Below, piece after piece: positions 58,516-64,000 of a DNA stretch of 64,000 nucleotides. The notes beneath the pieces were generated by a model. It made no database searches and was not told where the DNA came from. It saw only the letters and a program-made list of their open reading frames with translations. How positions within the stretch are numbered: position 1 is the stretch's first letter; the number at the start of each line of letters is the position of its first letter. Source of the DNA: Planktothrix sp. GU0601_MAG3 (GTDB lineage Bacteria > Cyanobacteriota > Cyanobacteriia > Cyanobacteriales > Microcoleaceae); assembly GCA_035193785.1 (NCBI GenBank), contig CP136572.1, forward strand, positions 1,184,001 through 1,248,000, in the 5' to 3' direction. Both the position numbers and the translations under genes were made by a program.

Positions 58516-60937
58516 ATGAAACTATTTAATCGGCAATTTTTTCCTTATCAAAAATCAGAATTATTCAAGCTAATTGTGATTAATATTTGTTTGGGAATTG
58601 CTTACCTTCTGGCAGTAAGATTTAGCATCAATATTACATCTGTAAATGGTTCTTCTGCGATTTGGTTGCCAGCAGGTATGGTTTTAGCTGCTGTAATTTT
58701 ATTCGGTTCAAAAGTATTTCCAGCAATTGCTTTTGGTTCAATAGTAGGATTAATTGATAACCATGATTCTATAAAATCTGTTACGGATTTGATTTTGATT
58801 AATATTGCTTGTATTTTAGCTAATTATTTACAACCTTTATTGATTACATCACTACTTAAAAAACATACTGACATTAAAAATTTGTTTAATAGTATTAATG
58901 GAGTGATTACTTTTTTTGTTTTATCCTGCTTTTTAGTTCCCGCATTGTCCCCGATTTTGATCGTTAATACTGCTGTTTATATCGGGTTATATCCAGCCGA
59001 AGATTACTGGGATTCTTTCTTGACAATGTGGGCAGCTAGTGCCTTGGGTCATGTAATTTTTACTCCCCTATTTTTAATTCATACTATTCGTCCTGTCCCG
59101 GGATCAAAGAAACTGCCCCCGAAAATCAAATTATCAATAATCGGCTTTGTGAGCATTGGTACAATTGTAATTTTATGGATAACTTTTATCAAAAATATTT
59201 CTGTTGAATATATTTTCTTGCTATTACTTATTTTAACTGTATTTACTTTAGGTAAAAAGTTTTCAATTGTGATGGTAGCCATCGTTTCATCTGTGAGTAT
59301 TATTGCCACTGCCCTAGGATTGGGCCCGTTTGTCAAAGCATCACCGAATCAATCTTTATTTTTAGTTCAATTATTTATTGGGGTTTTTGCGGTTACTTCT
59401 CTGATCCTATCAGCCATAATTGATGAAAAGCAAAAAGCAACTAACAAATTAGAATCAACGCTGGCTAATTTAGAAAATACAGTCCAACAACGAACCTTAC
59501 AACTGGAAAAAGCCAAAGAAAAAGCGGAAGTTGCCAATCAAGCCAAAAGTATTTTTATTGCGAATATGAGCCATGAATTGCGATCGCCTTTGAATGCAAT
59601 TTTAGGGTTTTCTCAAATCATGCTCAGAACTCCCAATCTTCCCCCAGAAACAGTTAGAAAATGCTGGAATTATCTATCACAGTGGGGATTATCTTTTAAC
59701 CTTAATTAATAATATTCTGGATTTATCTAAAATTGAAGCCGGAAAAACTGCCCTAAATCTCACCCACTTTGATTTATATCAATTGTTAGATGATTTAGAA
59801 GATATGTTGTACCTCGGAGCGGCGAATGCGGGATTAAATTTAATCTTTGAGCGAGATTCTTCCGTTCCCCAATATATTTATGCTGATCAAGTTAAGCTCC
59901 GTCAAGTTTTAATTAATTTACTCAGTAATGGGATTAAATTTACCCCCAGAGGTGGGGTGACTTTAATGGTGTTGCAACGAGAAACTAAAGACACCAATAG
60001 GGTCATATTGGAGTTTCAAGTTCGGGACACCGGGGTGGGAATTTCTCCCCAAGAATTTCCAAAACTCTTTCAGATATTTACCCAAGCCCAAGCCGGAAAG
60101 GAATCCCAAGAAGGGACGGGTTTAGGATTAGCTATTAGTCAGAAATTTGTACAATTAATGGGGGGAGAAATTCAAGTTGAAAGCCAATTGAATCAAGGGA
60201 CAACCTTTAGATTCCAAATTCCAGCCCAACGGATTCAAAATTCACCAGATAAGCCAACGGAAGCCCATCGGATTGTATCGGGTTTAGTTAAAGGTCAACC
60301 GACCTACAAATTGCTAACAGTTGATGATAAAGAAGTGAATCGAAAATTATTAATTCAACTTTTACAACCCCTAGGATTTGAGATAAAGGAAGCCGGAAAT
60401 GGACTAGAAGCGATCGCCATTTGGAACCAATGGGAACCCCATTTAATTTGGATGGATATGCGAATGCCGGTGATGGATGGCTATGAAGCGACAAAATATA
60501 TTAAATCTACAACAAAAGGCAATGCCACCGCTATAATTGCCTTAACTGCCAGTGTTTTAGAGGAGGAAAAAGCCATTGTCCTCTCGGCTGGATGTGATGA
60601 TTTTATTCGCAAACCCTTTACAGAAAATAATATTTTTGAGGCATTAACCAAACATTTAGGTGTAAAATATATTTATTTAGAAACAAAACCTTATGTGTTA
60701 GATGTTACCCCAGATAGTAACTCGATGTCTCAACAATTAACCCGTATGTCTAAAGAGTGGATATTTCAGCTATATCAAGCTAGTCTGGAAGCAGATACGG
60801 GTCTAGTTATACAGTTAATTGCACAAATTCCTAATATAGAGACTCATTTGATACAATCCCTTACACGACTTGTGCGTAAATTTCAATTTGAACAGATTAT
60901 TAACCTAGTCGAACCCCTAATTAATCATGAACCCTGA
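58516..60937 (+). CDS. MASE1-domain hybrid histidine kinase (MASE1-HisKA-HATPase-REC); one +1 insertion
   Basis: AIWLPAG and multiple TMs, [49 protein letters not shown]; join at 59647-59651. Confidence 0.92.
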
Positions 60938-62345
60938 TTTAGCCACGGAAAACAAAGGGAATATTCTTCTGGTTGATGATCTACCAGAGAATTTACAATT
61001 ACTTAGTGATTTGTTAATTAAACTGGGCTATACGGTTCGCAGTGTCACCAGTGGCAGAATGGCACTTAAAACTATTCAAATCAAGCAACCGGATGTTATT
61101 TTTTTAGATATTAAGATGCCAGAAATGGACGGTTATCAGGTCTGTCAAGCTTTGAAAGCCGATGAAAACTTATCCCATATTCCAGTTATTTTTATTAGTG
61201 CTTTAAACGATGTTTTTGATAAAGTTAAGGCGTTTCAGTCCGGTGGGATTGACTATATTACTAAACCTTTTCAAGTGGAGGAAGTTGTCGCCCGTCTGGA
61301 AAGTCAGTTAACTATTCAACGACAACAAAGACTTCTGGAACGGGAAATTATTAAACGTAGAGATGCCGAGGAAGTGTTATATCAATCCCGGGCACTATTA
61401 TCAAGTATATTAAATAGTTCCCTTGATGGCATTGCGGCTTTACAGGCCCTACGGGAACCCGAAACCGGGGAAATTAAGGATTTTAGGTGTTTAGTGGTTA
61501 ACCCCATCTTAGCGAGGGTTTTTGACCACACTCGGGAGGATATAATAGGGAAAGTTATCCTCAAAAGACTCCTAAATCGCATTCAGCCAGAACTGTTTTA
61601 TCGTTTTGTTAAAGTTGTTGAAACCGGGGAATCCTTAGAACAGGATGTTTACTATCCCGTTGGGGACTCCTACTGGTATCATTTTGTAGCAGTCAAGTTG
61701 GGGGATGGTTTTTCCATTACCATTCGTGATATTACCTCTCGCAAAAAAACCGAACTCGCCCTTCAAGAAGCTAACCAAAAATTAAAAGAACTCGCTAATC
61801 TCGATAGTTTAACTCAGATCGCTAATCGTCGCCGTTTTGATGCTGTTCTGCAAAGGGAATGGGAGGTTTTAGCTCAACAACAACGACCCTTGACCCTGAT
61901 TATATTTGATATCGACGGTTTCAAACTCTATAATGACCATTACGGTCATCTGGCGGGGGATGATTGCCTCGCCCGGATTGCTCAAGCGGTGTATCAAGGT
62001 ACTCGCCATCAGGATTTGCGCCGCCCCATCGACCTCGTAGCCCGTTATGGGGGAGAGGAATTTATTGTCCTTTTATCAGCAAAGGATTTAGCCACAGGAA
62101 TTCAGGTTGCAGAACGAATTCAGCAGGTGATTTACCGTTTAAAAATTCCCCATGAATACTCTAATGTTAGGGAAATTGTCACCGTCAGTTTGGGTATTGC
62201 TTCACTAATTCCCAGTTTAGAAGTTCAGCCGAATCAGTTAATTGAACTAGCGGATCAAGCGTTATATAATGCTAAAGAACAAGGACGCGATCGCTATTGT
62301 ATTAGTAGTAATTCTAATCTGGAACAGGCAATAGGGAATGGGTAG
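60927..62345 (+). CDS. Response regulator diguanylate cyclase (REC-PAS-like-GGEEF)
   Basis: LVDD, FLDIKMP.MDG, D.LTQIANRRRF, FK.YND.YGH..GD, RPIDLVARYGGEEF (RxxD I-site present). Confidence 0.94.
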   Translation: MNPDLATENKGNILLVDDLPENLQLLSDLLIKLGYTVRSVTSGRMALKTIQIKQPDVIFLDIKMPEMDGYQVCQALKADENLSHIPVIFISALNDVFDKVKAFQSGGIDYITKPFQVEEVVARLESQLTIQRQQRLLEREIIKRRDAEEVLYQSRALLSSILNSSLDGIAALQALREPETGEIKDFRCLVVNPILARVFDHTREDIIGKVILKRLLNRIQPELFYRFVKVVETGESLEQDVYYPVGDSYWYHFVAVKLGDGFSITIRDITSRKKTELALQEANQKLKELANLDSLTQIANRRRFDAVLQREWEVLAQQQRPLTLIIFDIDGFKLYNDHYGHLAGDDCLARIAQAVYQGTRHQDLRRPIDLVARYGGEEFIVLLSAKDLATGIQVAERIQQVIYRLKIPHEYSNVREIVTVSLGIASLIPSLEVQPNQLIELADQALYNAKEQGRDRYCISSNSNLEQAIGNG

Positions 62346-62346
62346 T

Positions 62347-62383
62347 TATGAATTACGAATTACGAATTACGAATTACGAATTA
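62347..62383. repeat. Heptamer tandem repeat (GAATTAC)
   Basis: tatgaattacgaattacgaattacgaattacgaatta; lies in a repeat-rich interval ending GGATTGCTATA at about 62535. Confidence 0.85.
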
Positions 62384-62554
62384 AGCCATAAAAATAGTTT
62401 ACATCCCCTACTCCCCCTACGAGGTTGTAATAATTTTAAACGTCTATGAAACAGCTAAAAGTATTTACCCTATTGCCCATTGCCTATTCCATTTTGCTCA
62501 GAAATTTTTAACACCAATCAAATAGGATTGCTATACATTTATAGTTTTTGCGCT

Positions 62555-63344
62555 TTATTCTTTTTTATTATTAACAAAATCTGTGAGAAAAGATAACGGA
62601 TTACTCATCTCGGCTGCGAAACCGAGGATGCCGGGATCTCGATGTTCATACAGCAATTCCCCTTGATTATTAAATAAGAAAGTGGCTCCTCGTTGGGTTA
62701 GATAAGCTTCCTGGGGAACATAACTTTTCCAGTTTCTCAACACTTCCCCCATATTTCGCAGTCGCAACGTGGCTAACTCAAAGGGACGCTGAAAGCCCTG
62801 ACCTCCTGCTAGTTTGAAGAATGAAACCTTTGAGTGGGGGTAAAGGAGGTGCTTGAATTATTTCTTCATCCCCAATTAATTGAGGGGCTTTTTTATCACC
62901 CCGATAGCCCCGGAATACTTCCGCTAAAGTACCCGGGCTACCAATTCCAGCACACATCAGCATTAAGTTGAGATAAGCGTTGACACCCGGCGATAAACCG
63001 GGGAGTTTGAGGGATAAACCTGGATAAAGATTTAGGGTTTGATGCAGGTCGGCGGTGGGGTCAACAAATAAACAATCTGGGGGAAATCCTGTATAGTCAC
63101 AGAATTGTTGTCCTGAAGTGCGATCGCCAATTCCTACGGCTCGAATTGCGATGCCTTGCGCTTGCAGTTGTTCGGCTTCTCGTTGTAACCACCAAGCATA
63201 CTCCAAGCTATCGAAATCTCCCAATTGGGGCCAGATTAGCACGAGTTGCCAGGGTGAGGATTCACAACCGCTCAATAGAGAGGTTACGGCTCCATCACTG
63301 ACCCGTTGCCGCTGAGTTTGACTTAAGAGTGTGTAGATATTCAT
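62555..63344 (-). CDS. Peroxiredoxin-like AhpC/TSA_2-family protein (one +1 insertion)
   Basis: PQLGDFDSLEYA, LMCAGIGSPGTL.EV.RGY, corrected GFQRPFELATLRLRNM, QRGATFLF; join at 62823-62827. Confidence 0.85.
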
Positions 63345-63418
63345 TTAGCTACCTGTTGTCATTTCTTTGTAAATGTACACTTTATAGAGGAGTTACACAG
63401 ATTAATTAGATTTTTATA

Positions 63419-63490
63419 TTATTCAATGCCCTGAGTTAAAGCAGAATAGTTCATAGCCGCTTTTTCAATAACAATTGCATAACGTTTCAT
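63419..63490 (-). pseudogene. Truncated HicB-like antitoxin remnant (23 aa)
   Basis: AGGAGG RBS followed by MKRYAIVIEKAAMNYSALTQGIE*, matching HicB N-termini up to NYSA. Confidence 0.6.
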
Positions 63491-63578
63491 TGGTTAATTC
63501 CTCCTAAAATTTAAAGATGAATTTGAGCTTGTTTAATAATACTGTTTAATGTTCCTGGTGCTTTAATCAATCAAACCC

Positions 63579-63755
63579 GTAGGGGCGGGTTCAACAAAAT
63601 CTGACAAATTCCGCCAATAATCTTTATAAACCCGCCCAACCCTACCAAGATTTAACGTTAATAAAATCGGGTTTATATTGATTTTTATTACGGGGATGGG
63701 CGGGTTTATCAAGGTTAATTGTTATTAATAAAAATTCGGGTGAACCCGCCCCTAC
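63579..63755. repeat. Composite REP-like element: two doublets with outer 15-bp inverted repeat
   Basis: GTAGGGGCGGGTTCA ... TGAACCCGCCCCTAC (perfect); inner ATAAACCCGCCCA / TGGGCGGGTTTAT. Confidence 0.85.
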
Positions 63756-63790
63756 ATTCAGTAAAAAAAAGAAAGGTAAAGGGTAAATGG

Positions 63791-64000
63791 CTAAGGAGTC
63801 CACGCAGGCGGCAAGGAAACAACACGAAATCCGAAGAACCCGTACCGACTGCCCGGCCCGTTCCTATTACGATAGGCACAGCGGCAATACCTGGGATTGA
63901 TGTTCCACGAAACCTCCGCGTAACACCCGGTATTGCGTATTTCCCCCAGACTCCCAAACACTGCCATCAGTGGGCGCACCCTGATAATTTTTATGCCAAG
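63791..64000 (-). CDS. 3' end of a formylglycine-generating-enzyme (FGE-sulfatase/CLec) domain protein; rest outside window; one +1 insertion
   Basis: [15 protein letters not shown]...[37 protein letters not shown] after correction at 63909-63913. Confidence 0.88.
   Translation of the reverse strand, partial: LGIKIIRVRPLMAVFGSLGEIRNTGCYAEVSWNINPRYCRCAYRNRNGPGSRYGFFGFRVVSLPPAWTP

Noticed and set aside
63715..63957. 80-aa minus-strand ORF at the window end
   Set aside because: Alternative frame of the FGE-domain gene 3' end.

Overview
64 kb of a filamentous cyanobacterial chromosome, probably Planktothrix or a related Oscillatoriales genus (HIP1 GCGATCGC sites, cyanobacterial atp and str operons, PEP-CTERM, Uma2 genes, an McyJ-like methyltransferase). 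Core genes present: atp1-atpBEF'FHAG, proS, glsF/gltB, rpsL-rpsG-fusA-tuf-rpsJ, purK, hypE, rnhA, glcD, and a cobG-cobH-cobI-cobJ cluster behind a cobalamin riboswitch. These are interspersed with signalling genes, toxin-antitoxin remnants, MITE/REP-like repeats and small AT-rich cassettes. Main observations: (1) about 20 genes, including essential ones, are frameshifted, and 23 of the 24 breaks I inspected are the same +1 insertion GAAC->GAAAC / GTTC->GTTTC. This is most likely a motif-specific sequencing error at a modified DNA site; GAAC/GTTC is the classic Dnd phosphorothioate motif. (2) An intact mcyJ-like gene stands alone next to an IS200/IS605 tnpB remnant, with no other mcy gene in the window. 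(3) An AT-rich DUF3696-type ABC ATPase plus an unknown partner gene form a candidate anti-phage cassette directly after an apparently truncated PIN toxin. (4) The window ends in an FGE/CLec C-terminus that resembles a DGR variable repeat. (5) A REP-like palindrome is translated in-frame inside glutamate synthase. All family assignments come from motif recognition and memory; no searches were run.
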